Below are positions 25,395-37,392 of a stretch of DNA of 64,000 nt, piece by piece; the stretch's first letter is position 1, and each line of letters starts with the position of its first letter. The stretch comes from Lama glama. Its lineage: Eukaryota. A model generated the notes under the pieces. That model was not told where the DNA came from, made no database searches, and saw only the letters and a program-made list of their open reading frames with translations. A program made the position numbers and the translations under genes. The DNA lies in assembly GCA_028534125.1 (NCBI GenBank), contig CM052817.1, forward strand, positions 96,412,001 to 96,476,000, read 5' to 3'.

Positions 25395-26290
25395 AGTCCG
25401 TAAATAAATTTAAGTTTAAAAAATGGAAAATTTGGGCAAAGAAATGGTCTTCTAGGAAGATATAACTTACCAAAACTAACTTAAGAAGAACCATCCTAAA
25501 AATACCAATGATCCTTAAAGAACTTGAATTAGTAGATAAAAATCTACCTTCCAACCCACAAAAACACAAAGAACAATATAAAAATGACAAGGCCAAGTAA
25601 TTCTGTTGGCAATTTATACCAAACTTCTAGAAAAGAAAAAGAAAGAAGAGAAAGACATTTCAAGTAGTTTATAAAATTAATATAAGTTGAGTTAAAATCA
25701 GAAAAGAACAGTATAAAAACCAATTATAAGCCAGTTTCACTTTTAATATAGAATGAAGCTAGACCAGAAAGTTTGATTTAGGTTTAAAGGCTGCCAAGAG
25801 TGACAACTGAAATCTAATTCATGATGACCTTCATTTCCTTTTCCCGTTGAGCCAGTGAACAAATAAAACACAAAGTATATGAGATGAAGACACAAGCAAG
25901 AACAGAGATACAGCCTCCCAGTTCTCACTCCCTTTCTCAGAGAGGTGTTTCCTAAGTTTTGTTTTGAAAGAAGAGAAGGCAGGATGAGAAACCCATCACG
26001 TCAAACAAGCCCAAGTCACCAGCTTGCTTCCACTCGTGCACTGGAAAAGGACGGAGGTAGTATCACCATTCAAGGGTCCATTTACTACAATTTAAAGCAA
26101 TTCCCTTGGGTACTACAATCACACAATCTTGTGTCAATGTATTATGTTTTTATTGCATCACTAGGGCCATAGTAGGTTTAACCATAGCCTATTACAGATA
26201 CACACAAAATTCTTAAAAATGTATATCTGCAAATTGAATTCTGCAGTGTATTTTTAAAAATTAAAAAGAGAAGAAATAAATCATCTCTGT
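25395..26290 (+). mobile_element. Old LINE-1 ORF2 remnant interrupted by a ~440-bp insertion
   Basis: tataacttaccaaaactaacttaagaagaa...aattataagccagtttcacttttaatataga (to ~25752) resumes at gatacacacaaaattcttaaaaa...gcaaattgaattctgcagtgtat (from ~26197). Confidence 0.55.
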
Positions 26291-29004
26291 TGATTAGGGG
26301 CACTCAGAGCAACAAAGAATGGCATGTGACAGGAAGTAGGTCAGAAATCTGAGTTGTGTCTTATGAAAGTTTTCAATTTTTGTTCTTATTTTTACAAAAC
26401 TGAATAGTGTTAAGGTTTTGACCATCTGTTTACCCAGTTCCATGCCTCGTTAGCTGAAATATATATTGTAGAATGTTGTGTCTTCTCCTGACTGCCGGCA
26501 AAAAATATGTTCCTTCTCAAGTATCTGCAGCCAGCTTGAATTTCCTCTTCATCTGGCAGTAGTTCAGACTTTCTGTTGGTACTGCTATGATCCTTCTGTA
26601 TCTGCTTTTAGGCCTGTGTGTGTCCTGGTGAATTCTTCATTCTTTTCATCTGTTTCCTTTTAAAGCTGTTTTAAGGTTCATTGCTCCTTGACCTATTCCT
26701 CCTTGCTGTTCTTCCAGACCAGTCTAATTCCCCAACAGGGGCTTCAAGACTCTATTACTGCTCTGCTGTCAACAACATTTTTTTTTCTTTCACCAACTTT
26801 TGGCTACTCCCTGATCACATTCAGGGTGCAAAAAAAGCGAGGACCAAGCAGTCAACCAATCCACAACCCCCACCAGCAGCACATATGACAGAACCTATTT
26901 GGAGTCCTGTTCCATGATGTGCTAGCTAATGCAGCTAAACTCTGTAGCATCAATTCACCCTCCAGAAGAAGCCCAAAGGGCAGCCCAGGAAGAAGGTCAA
27001 GGATTAACTGATGCTAATAGAAATGTACACACAGATAGTCCCGACCAAACAGGGCAATATCCCAGCTGATGAAGTCTGCATATCATTACGACAGTGTGAG
27101 AAGGTATACTTTCCTGGGAAGGACATAAACCCTTTTGTTTGCAATGTAGCTTAATAGCTCACATCTTGTCTGCTAGCTGCATTGACTGTGGTAAGAACTA
27201 CACGCCACAAGAAGACTTTATAATGGCAGCATGAACCACAAAGATGATGTTTATTCCATATCTAAGCCAATAAGCTCACTGCAGTATTGCATAGCTCTTC
27301 ATCTTTCTCCATATTATATTAGGCTGATCCTTTCAGCAGGAGTTTTAATGCATTGTAACCTCTTTGATGGCAAGCTTTAAAAGCATTTAATAAAACAAAC
27401 GTAGAGGAAACATCATCAATGAGCAAGGTTTGCCTTAACGATTCTTTTACCTGTTTATCATTATCTCCTGCTTCCTAGAGATGATGGATCAGCCGTTCTA
27501 CAAATCAAGCTGAAAAAAAAAAAATTGAGACTTTTTGGAGCCAAAAGCCCTTCATCCCTGCAGGATGGGGCCGCCTGCTAACCTTCCATAATGGGCAGGT
27601 TGTGGTTGATTGTGTTTCCTTGAAGGGACTTTCTGGAAGGAATTTTATGGCCATTGGCTTTGTGTGAGCATTAAGCAATCTGTGGCATGTGTGGGAAGAG
27701 AAAGCATTTGCCCCAAAAGCTATGACTTCAATTTTCCTTCCTACTCACTGCCCAGGACTTGACAGTCTCCGTTGCACCCAATGCCTCTTTGGAGAAAGCA
27801 ATGGAAAAGCATTAGATCACATTCATTCAGAGGACATGCAGTTCTGGGGGAAAGCCTGAACCTCCCTGCTCACTAAATCGCTGAGGTGGAGAGATCTAAC
27901 CTGAATGGAAGAATTTAGGAAAAATACTTCTGCTCCCTGAAGAGCGGCTGGCCTTGCTTTGATTGAGGGTATCTGGGGAGCGGATGCTGGTGGCCATCCT
28001 TGCTCTCACTGGGCCCAGTCCTTCCCTTTGGTAGACACACATTTCTGCAGACAGAGGCATTCTGTTGACTTCCGCCAGAAAGAACTACAAGCCAAGGTGA
28101 GGCAGAACTAAATGGAGCAACTGGAAATAGAACTCGTGGGATAACCTGCCACTTGACGGAAGTAAATATGACAAACTTAGACCCATAGGAAGCCGTTTTA
28201 TGGCAGAGAGTTTGTCCTTTCAAGGGAAGGACTGGGCATTTTATTTTTCAAAATGAAACCTTAGATTAGTGAAACTACTGCCAGATGCCTGGGGGACATG
28301 ATTTTATCCGTGGGGACTTCATGGTGCTCTCTCATGGAAAGAAAAATTAAGTTTCAATAAATAAAAAAACTTTAAATTCCATGTTGGTAAAATTATTCTT
28401 ACATTCTAGTTCTCATCAAGGACTAATATATATATAACACTTGAAGTTTTTCCATTAAATTGTTTCTGAGTTATGAGTGACAAAAACAAGTAAGTTTGAA
28501 CAAATTGGAGGGAAAAAAATGAAAAGGCAGAGCGCTCACGTCCCTTAGCTAGAAAGTATGTTATTTACATCTCTGACAATTCTCTAAACACCCTCTCCCA
28601 CCCCTGTGCAGTTTTGGGGAATGCCATTATTTACAAGTTTTAGGCAGAAAACCTTTTAACTTCAGCGTTTACTCTAATTCAACAAATATGTGACCCTACT
28701 AAGGGCAAAAATGTGTATTAAGCACACAGAACATGTGATTGTGATACAGCATCTGGATTTTTTCTTTAGAAAAGAGCAAGCTTTATGCAATGAGGAATAA
28801 TGACTATTTAAGTTTTGGAAATGCCAACTTTGAAATGTCTGCAGAGGAGGGAAGATGTTTATCAGGCAGCTGGGAATTTGGCCAGCAAGCAGGTGAAACT
28901 GGGCATATTGGAGTGAGAGTCTCACATGTCACATGATGTCATCATACAAAATAGGTTTCCAGGAAAAATGAATTAAATTAATTAAATTTTAACACACATT
29001 TAAA

Positions 29005-29672
29005 AAATGTTTTAAGTTTAAGGTATACAGGACAATGGTTTGATTTCACACACGTTGTGACATGATTACCACAATCGATTTAGTTAATATTCATCACCTC
29101 ATACAGCTAATAGAAAGGAAAATATCTCCTTGTGATGAGAACTCTTCAGATCTACTCTTTTAACAACTTTCTTATGTTCGATACAGCAGTGTTAAGTGTA
29201 GTCATCATGTCGTACATTACATCTCTAGTCCTTATTGTACCTTTTGACCACCTTCCTCCAGTTTCCCCTTCCCTATCTCCCACCTCTGGTAACCACAATC
29301 TGATCTCTTTTACTACAAGTTTGGTGTGGATTCTTTTTGTTGTTGTTGGTGGTGGTTTTTGACTCCATGTATAAGTGAGGTCATACAGTATTTGTCTTTC
29401 TTTATCTGACTTACTTCACTTAGTATAATGCCTTCAGGGTCCATCCATGTTGTCACAAGTGGCAGGATTTCCTCCTTTTTAGGGCTGAAATATATATAAA
29501 TAAATAAACTCACAACTTCCTTATTTCTTCATTTAGATTGTTTCTGTGGCTTGGTGATTGTAAATGATACTGCTATGAATGTGGGAGTGCAGATATCTTT
29601 TTGGAGATAGTGGGTTTTTTTTGTTTTTTTGGATACACTCCTAGAAGTTGAATTGTTGGATCATATGGTAGT
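29005..29672 (-). mobile_element. LINE-1 (L1MA9-like) 3' portion
   Basis: gtgatgagaactcttcagatctactct...ctgacttacttcacttagtataatg...gttggatcatatggtagt. ORFs 29313-29513 (ILPLVTTWMDPEGIILSEVSQ) and 29573-29779 (LPYDPTIQLLGVYPK) match the ORF2 C-terminus. Confidence 0.9.
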
Positions 29673-32569
29673 AAACATACTTTCCCCTGAAGCATTGCAC
29701 AATGCATATGTTCAGTCCTCCGCACTGCCAGCCCACTAAGGGTAGGGCTCAGGGAACTACATGAACTGTTCGAGGCCACCTATCCAGGACCATGAGGAAT
29801 GGCATCAGGCCCAAGAGCACAGCAGTGCCTGGAAAGGAGTCAAGGGAGGAGTGGGGAGCTGGGCTACAGAATTGGTGAGGACGAATTTTCTGAAGCATTG
29901 GTAAGTATCAGAGAATTTTCACATAAAGAGTAAAAATTTTTAAAAAGAAAGAAAGGCAGCAAAGTGGGAACTGGTTACTAACCTATTTAAACTTAATCAT
30001 TTTTTTTTGACCCTTAAAAATATTTCCTCTCTGAAATTCAGTTGGAAGTCTTTTCTAAAGTTGGGACTTGTGCTGTGGTCCAAATAACTTAAATAGGACT
30101 TTGCTAGTATTCTTCTTTTAAAAACAGGCTATTTCATCCTTGCCCTTTTGTACTCTGTCAAAGCTCTCATCTGGAAAGGGCCCTTTTTTCCCTGCCCAGA
30201 GTATACACCAAGTCAGATCCCCAAGAACCTCTGAGCACCTACAGGAGTCATCGAGCCAAGTGAGGCAGGAAAGACTAGACATTCGCTATGTCAATTATGA
30301 TATTCTGGTAACATGATATCTTGGCATCCCTTTCTCATTACACTGCTGGTGATAAGCTGACAGAATGAAGTTATATGGGAAAAGCACAAAAGCCTGCAGT
30401 GCAAATGGATTTAGTTACAAGTTCTTGGGATGGAAAGAGTTGCTTTGCAAGATGCCGCCCATGGAAGGAAAACAGCTCTGTTGGCTGTTGATTTGGGTAG
30501 CAGTGAACACGGTTAGCTAGGGTTCACTATCACCGTGAGTGGGAATCTCTGACTTCAATATCTGTGGCCCATTTTCCTTTATCCTTTCTGTAGACTACTC
30601 TTCTTCTTCTTCTTTTTTTTTTTTTTGCAAAACAAACCAGTTTATCGTAAGAGTTTAAAAGTGTCTTTATAGGCATCGATTAGTTTAAATATCACAGCTC
30701 ATTCCCTTCCCTTCAGCACCAAGAAAATTGATGTGATGGCCTGTCTTAAGTTGGTTTCCTCTATTGGTCTTTTATTTGACAAGACACTGTTGGCAAAGTA
30801 ATGACAAAGGCTCATCAATATGCTACTTTTCATCTGCCTGACACTGAAATCAATGGACTGCAGAAGAAGTTCCTCTATCAGCATTGTCAGAAATGATCAC
30901 TGTGCTGGACAGAGCATGCTCCCTGATTTCTCTGAGCACTCATTCATTCCTGAAAGCTTTCTCGTGGCTGTTACAACAATGACCCTGCTTAGAGGTCAGA
31001 GGTAAAGATGCTGCACAATCAAAGGGGGCTCAGTAAGTCTGGAAAGGGGAGACTCTCTCAGAGTGTGTGATGATATAATGGTCTGCAGAGCCGGCCCTTG
31101 GGAGAAATCACATTCTCCATCTCTGGGACATGTGACCTGCAGGATATGTGTTTGTGGGCCTGGAAGCCCTAATTTGTCATAAGTGACAGCTGGGATTAGA
31201 GGGTTACACTCAGCACCAAGGGAAGAATTTACCCAAGCAAAAGTGGTTGGATTGGCATCATCAATTTTATGAAGAAAATTTAAAGAATTCATCAAAAAGA
31301 TTTAAAAAGTAAAATATAGATATAATTATATAAATATTTTGTTATGATTAGCAAATAAGAAGAATTCAGTAGAAAAGAACCGATTTTCAACATATTCAGA
31401 TAATTTTCATTTATCGACGAGAACAAGAACTATCACATAGAACACTGAATTCCACTAGCAATCGAAAACCTCAAAAACTAGGTTTCCCTGACTTGGAAGC
31501 TGCTGGGCTTGTTCTTTTGCTAAAAGAATAATGCCCTGGGAACCCACAGCCTTTGCTTGGAAGTCTAACCCGAGGTAGAAGGAAAATTGAAGACCACTAA
31601 TTTCAGAGAGTGACATCCAAAAGACTCTGACTGGTGAATGTCTAACTCATCAGGGCCGTTCATTGTTCTCTGCCTCAAGAGATATAAAAAAATCATGTCC
31701 TAAAAGGCAAGAAATTCTTTCCCTCAAAAAATCTCTGTTAAATTTTGCCTATCTAAAGTGCGATTTCTTTTGTTCTTCACATTCGCCAGTAGTTATAGAC
31801 ATTTTTCCCCCAGAAAACAACTGTTCATTCTGAAGTAGCAATATTATATTTTCCCCCTCCTCTCTCTGTTCTCATCAATGGTGAGATTCTATAAGGGAAG
31901 ACTACATAGTTAAAATCCTGGGAAGCTGTGAAGATATGAAAGTATGTCGGAAAGTAATTAAGTTCAGTGACAACTGTCAAGAATTCCTCTGAGAAGGCAG
32001 GTAGTGTTCTCTTCAATGGCATCTTACTAATGGGGTGGCCAAGAAAAAAATGGGTGCTGTAAGGGAAACCCTACAAGAACACTGATCACAGTGCCAGGGG
32101 CCAGGGTACATCCTTAGAGGTAAATATCCTATAAGACCCCAAAAAGAATAGTCAAAACATGGCTAAAAATCTCAAAGGAGGAGGGGAAGAGAAACTACAG
32201 CACATATCAGGTCTAAGGACGGAAGCAAGACCTCAAATGGGTCAAGTGATCAGAGTTAAAGGAATTGGAATTGTCAGGAAATGAAGTAGAAGATGAATTC
32301 ACTGTTTATAAGATTAAAGGCAAGGGATTCACCTCAATGCAGCAGTGAAAGGAGGATAAAAATTAGAAGGAATTTAATATTTGACTATAAGTCAGACATT
32401 AAGTCAAGTAAGCATTAATTTTCCCTCCTGGCTAGCAGGACAATAACCAAGAATTCAATGACCTGAAAACCTTGATGTTGCTTCCATGATTGTGTAAATT
32501 ACTCCCAGAGACAATTTATGCAAGACAAAAACACTTGTTGTCACCCAAAGCCACTGCTTTGCTAATAGC

Positions 32570-32722
32570 CAGGGCTGGCTTCACTGGCGATCTCACAGGG
32601 CCCAAGTTTGGAAGGGCCCAGAACTTGGTTTAACACTCTGTTGTCGTGTTGTCCATCTTAAAATTCTCAATGTTTTCAACAAGAGGCCTCATATTTTTAT
32701 TTCACACTGAGTTCCATAGATC
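32570..32722 (+). mobile_element. MER45A-like hAT-Tip100 MITE
   Basis: cagggctggcttca...cacagggccc...gaagggccc...ttggtttaacactctg...tcttaaaattctcaat...aacaagaggcctcatatttttatttcacactgag. Confidence 0.75.
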
Positions 32723-32929
32723 CCCAAACTTATTCTCCTTTCTTCAAGTGGCCAGGTCCTCCTGGAGAGTCTGGGCCCCTCTGTAGCCTAGAGGACACTT
32801 TTATCCATCTGAGCCACACACATTAGTCTCACTCCAATTGCCAGGAAGCTAGTTTAGATCTACCAGCTCTAATGGCATCTTGTAGATCTATTTAGGTCTG
32901 TACAGATCTATAAGGTGCCATTCAAACAA

Positions 32930-33402
32930 GTTGTGGTCTATATGCACAATGGAATACTACTCCGTCAAAAATGAATGAAATAATGCCACTGGCAGCAACA
33001 TGGATGGACCTAGAAATTATCATACTAAGTGAAGTAAGTCATACAGAGAAAGACAAGTATCACTTGTATGTGGAATCTAAAAACTGACACAAATCAATAT
33101 ATTTACAAAACAGAAACAGACATGGAAAATAAATTTATGATTACCAAGGGGAAAGGGGAGAGGGAAGGATAAATTAAGAGTATGGGATTGGGAGATACTA
33201 ATTACTTTACATAAAACAGATGAACAACAAAGTCCAACTGTATAGCACAGGGAATTATATTCAATATCTTGTAATAACCTATAATGAAAAAGAAAATAAA
33301 ACAGAATATATACATATATAAAACTGAATCACTATGCTGTACACCAGAAACTAACACAACATTGTAAATCAACTATATTCAGTTTTTTTTTTTAAAAAAA
33401 AA
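32930..33402 (+). mobile_element. 5'-truncated young LINE-1 with perfect 18-bp TSD
   Basis: L1 ORF2 end (WMDLEIIILSEVS) plus 3' UTR. TSD AAGGTGCCATTCAAACAA at 32912-32929 and 33403-33420. Confidence 0.95.
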
Positions 33403-33544
33403 AAGGTGCCATTCAAACAAATGAGAACCAAGAAGTAAGCTGAGAAGTTTCTGGAAAACCTTCCCTCAAACTTAAAAGGGACACGAGAGGAATGTTCCTT
33501 TTGTTCTGATCCCAGGATACTGATAAGGGAGGCTCCCAGTGTAC

Positions 33545-34352
33545 ACCCTGAATCTGACCACTTCTTCCCCCCACTACTGTAACCCAGTCGCCTCTCGCTG
33601 GGGCTATTTAAGTCCAACAGCCTATAAGCAGACACCATATTTCCACTCTTACCCCTTCACAGTCCATTCTCCATGAAGCAGGCAGAACGCATCCTTTACA
33701 AACAAATCATGCCACCTACCTGCTCAAAACTCTCCCCAAACTTCCCACCTTATGATAAAATTCAAGATTCTATCCACAGCCAATAAGGCCCTTAGGATCT
33801 ATGTCCTTACCTTGGGGACCTCTTGCCCTACAAATCCTCTCCCTCCTCACTACTTCCCAGCCACACTGGCCTCCCTGCTGTTTTGCAAACATGTCCACCA
33901 TGCCCCTACCTTAGGGGCTTTGAGCTGACTTGGAAGACCTTCCCTAAAATTCCCATACTCTCTTCCATCTTTCATTCAGGCCTTTCCTTGTAGCCAAAGA
34001 AGACTCCTCAGACAAGCATTTAGAAAGTCACAGCCCCTCCACCATCTTCTAGTACCAAGCCAGCTTGATCGCCCTTCACTTTCAACTACTGGAAATATCA
34101 TACATTTATTCCCTTGCCCTCACTTCTCCTTGATTTCAGTTCCCATTAGAATGTAAATTTGATAAAGACAGAGAGTCTTACCTGATAATATGGACAAAGG
34201 CATCTCTTAGCTAACGATATGGCAGGAGATCTATCTGGAAACTTACAGACAACTTATTCCACTGGGTCCACCTAATCCTATCATATCCCCAGTACCTAGA
34301 ACCTTGGCACATAATACTCACTGGATAAATAACTGCTGAATAAATGAGTAAA
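33545..34352 (+). mobile_element. L2 3' region (~800 bp)
   Basis: ctgaatctgaccacttct...cagtccattctcca...tgctcaaaactctcc...ccagccacactggcctccctgctg...ttagaatgtaaa...ctagaaccttggcacataa...tgctgaataaatga. Confidence 0.75.
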
Positions 34353-34369
34353 TATTATGTCTACAGCTG

Positions 34370-34581
34370 CTAGAGTCATCCTGTGATGCTAAAGGAATTT
34401 CTTGACTTGTAGTGGAAGTCGGAGCAGGAGGGACCCAGATCCACTGTGGAGTCCCTGAGCTGTGGGATCCATCAGCCAAGCACAGCCTACCTTCCACATG
34501 TAGTGTGAGAGTAAGACAGTTTAAGTCATTTTAATTTGAATTTGCTGCTTACTTACAGTGAAGAGTGTCCTAACTGATACA
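34370..34581 (+). mobile_element. MLT1-like LTR 3' fragment
   Basis: Ends ...gtttaagtcatt...cttacttacagtgaagagtgtcctaactgataca. Confidence 0.45.
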
Positions 34582-35971
34582 TAATTCTAATCTTCTAGAA
34601 AATTTTGACATTTACCATTCTGGAAAATATCATTCTAGAACATTTTTTTCTTTCCATTTCTCATATGACCTGGATAAATTCCGTTGAATGGTTTATGACT
34701 TGTAGGATTAACTTGATGATACTAATCACATCACCCTTACCTACCGTGAGTCATTCTCATAGGCATTTGAATTCCCCCATTTAGATAATGAGGCCAAAAC
34801 AATTTTCTCATGCAACCAGGCATAACTGAGTTATAAAATTTACAAAAATGAGCAGAAGAAATCAACAACAGCAAAACACACAGACACAACAATAGCACAA
34901 AGAAAACAAAACAAAAAACACCCAGAAACTTGCCTTCCAGAATATTTGTTTTCAAGCATCTTTTGGATAAAAATGTTTGCAATCTCAGAAACATTCAAGT
35001 AGAAAATGCTTCTGGAAGCTGTCTGTCTAAGAGAAAACAATGTAATTACAGACTCTGCTAAAGTCTAAAACACAGACAGATTGCATCCTTCAGAAATACC
35101 TGCCACATTCTCAAACATACTGAGTTAATCTTCAAGAATGAAATCCTTCAGTTCCAAATATTTCCCTTGGATTCATTGCTAACTAAGTGTGACTATTATT
35201 ACCACTGAGAATTAGTTCATTTGTTGATTGAGTGCTTACTTTGTGCCAGACTTAAAGGCAGTGGGGAGATGTATAGGAATAAGATATAGCACCTGTTCTC
35301 AAGGGTTTCAGCTTAGGGAGAAAGGCCTCTTGAAAGCCTTCACAGCAGTATGTGTCATAACAGGCAATATGGTTTTTTCCCAGTTCAGAGGCCTATGGAG
35401 TTGACTGCAAACTCCCTCACCCTGCTCTGTGGGTGCAACTGATGGATAACTTCTACTCCCTCTCATCACTGTTCTCTTCCAACCATTCCATTATATTCAT
35501 AGATAAATGTGACACCTGCTTCAAACTCTTCATCCTTACCTCAAGTTCTGCCATCATCCCAGGTTTCTTGGATGGTCACATGAATAAGCTACCAAAACTC
35601 CTCAGCCCAATGACTCATTGCTCTCTCCACACCTAATGGCAGCTGTCCTCTGTTTCATTCACTGACACTTAAGCATCTTAGGCACCTGTTTGACCTGGAC
35701 CTGCTCTACATACAAACCCTTAGATTCCCATATTCCACTTTCTAGCCACAACTTCCTGTCCTTCATCATTTTCCTCATGGTCTCTTTCCTGCTAAACTTT
35801 CTTCTTTTGGCTTCACAGGGATCTTAAAGCTCTCAATGCCTCCACATTCTCCTGGGTGATTAGACTCTTTCCAGTTTTACTTTCCTTCTAGACCAGACCT
35901 CTTTGTTGATTGCCAACAATTTCAGTAGAATATAAAAGTATAAACAGTTCTGGGGATATATCATCAAAGGG

Positions 35972-35974
<3 letters not shown>

Positions 35975-36028
<54 letters not shown>
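35975..36028. repeat. Compound (TG)16(AG)11 microsatellite
   Basis: Directly visible; followed by a GA-rich tract to ~36100. Confidence 0.95.
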
Positions 36029-36038
<10 letters not shown>

Positions 36039-36632
36039 AAACAGATGGGCAAAGACAGAGACAGAAAGAGACAGAGAGAAGCAAAGAGAGAGAAAGAGAG
36101 ATCTGGTAGAATGCTAATGGTTATGTTAATTGGGCCTCTCTAGTCCTGTTCAGTTTATTTCAGAATTTAATAGTTACTATTCTCACCTAAAATTTTGGTC
36201 AAATCACTCATTTGCTTATAATTCTTCAACTGTCCCCATCAGTTATAGACATGAGTTCAAGCTCCGGAGACTGGCGCCCCGGGCTGGTAATAATTTGATC
36301 TTGTCTACCCCTCAAGGATCATTTATGAGTACTTCGGACCTCTCACATTATGGAAAATTGGAAGGCTTTCTGCTTTTGGATCTTCTTCTGCCTACAATCT
36401 TTTTTCTTTTTGTAATCCTTTAAGAAGGTCCTTCTCACCCCCTTCTCCTGGTGAACTCCTAAACATCCTTCAAAATTCATTGAAAACCTGGTATCACGTT
36501 GGTATTCTTCACAGATTCCTATGGATGGAATTTTTGAGTCCTGTCTTTAAGACACTTCTTTACCATGTACACGTTTCTGCAATTGTACCATTTTTTATTT
36601 TTACTTTTTCCCCATGTATCTTCAAAATAGTG

Positions 36633-36756
36633 TAGAGTTTTCCAATCTCAGCACGGGTGAAGTATTCTGAATTCCAGTAGCACCTCTCCAAGTTGTGACA
36701 ACCAAAAATGTCTCCAGATGTTGCCACATGTCCCCCAGTTATAGTATAAGCCACTC
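36633..36756 (-). mobile_element. Internally deleted MER20 (hAT-Charlie)
   Basis: ccagtagcacc...agttgtgacaaccaaaaatgtctccagatgttgccacatgtcccc is the reverse complement of the MER20 core. Both termini are faintly recognisable. Confidence 0.75.
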
Positions 36757-37094
36757 CAGGGCTGGCCTTGTCTTTTTCACCTTATTAAACTCAAAAACTA
36801 GCAGAGTGCCTGGCCCAAACATATGCTCAGCCAGTGTTTAATGAATTGATCTGAACCACAGAAAGTATGACAGCTCCAGCAAGATGCCACAGGCAGCACG
36901 GATGATGTCAATAGTATTCTTTCAGTTATCCCTAAATAAAGATATTTTCTAGTTAAAAATGATGTTTCACTACTAAGGACAAAGGCATTCTGGGTTTTAT
37001 TTTTCCCTAAAAGCAAAGGGCATACAGAAAAAAGTTCTCTGAGCACTACAGCCCAAGGCCTTTTTTTTGGGGTGGGGAGACTGTATAGCTCTTT

Positions 37095-37377
37095 TTTCCT
37101 TTTAATTCTTATTTTTTGTTAAAGTGTAGTCGATTTACAATGTTAGTTTCAGGTGTATAGAAAAGTGATTCAGTTATACTTATACATACATATATCTTCT
37201 TTCAGTTTCTTTTCCATTATAGCTTATTACAAGAAATCAAATATAGTTCCCTGTTCTATTCAGTAGGTCCTTGTTGTTTATCTATTTTATATATAGTAAT
37301 GTGTATCTATTCATCCTAAACTCCTAATCTGTCCCCGACACTCTTTTCTCCATGTTAACCACAGTTTGTTTTCTATG
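37095..37377 (-). mobile_element. LINE-1 3' end (outer element of a nested pair)
   Basis: L1 3' UTR with T-rich tail. A 16-bp perfect TSD GACTGTATAGCTCTTT at 37079-37094 and 38365-38380 encloses it plus the inner element. Confidence 0.9.
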
Positions 37378-37392
37378 TGAAGACACGTTATT

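Noticed and set aside
26500..26700. Purine-rich minus-strand stretch resembling a processed pseudogene (KETDEKNEEF..., ELLPDEEEIQ...)
   Set aside because: Frames are short and broken, with no poly(A)/TSD and no recognisable parent gene.
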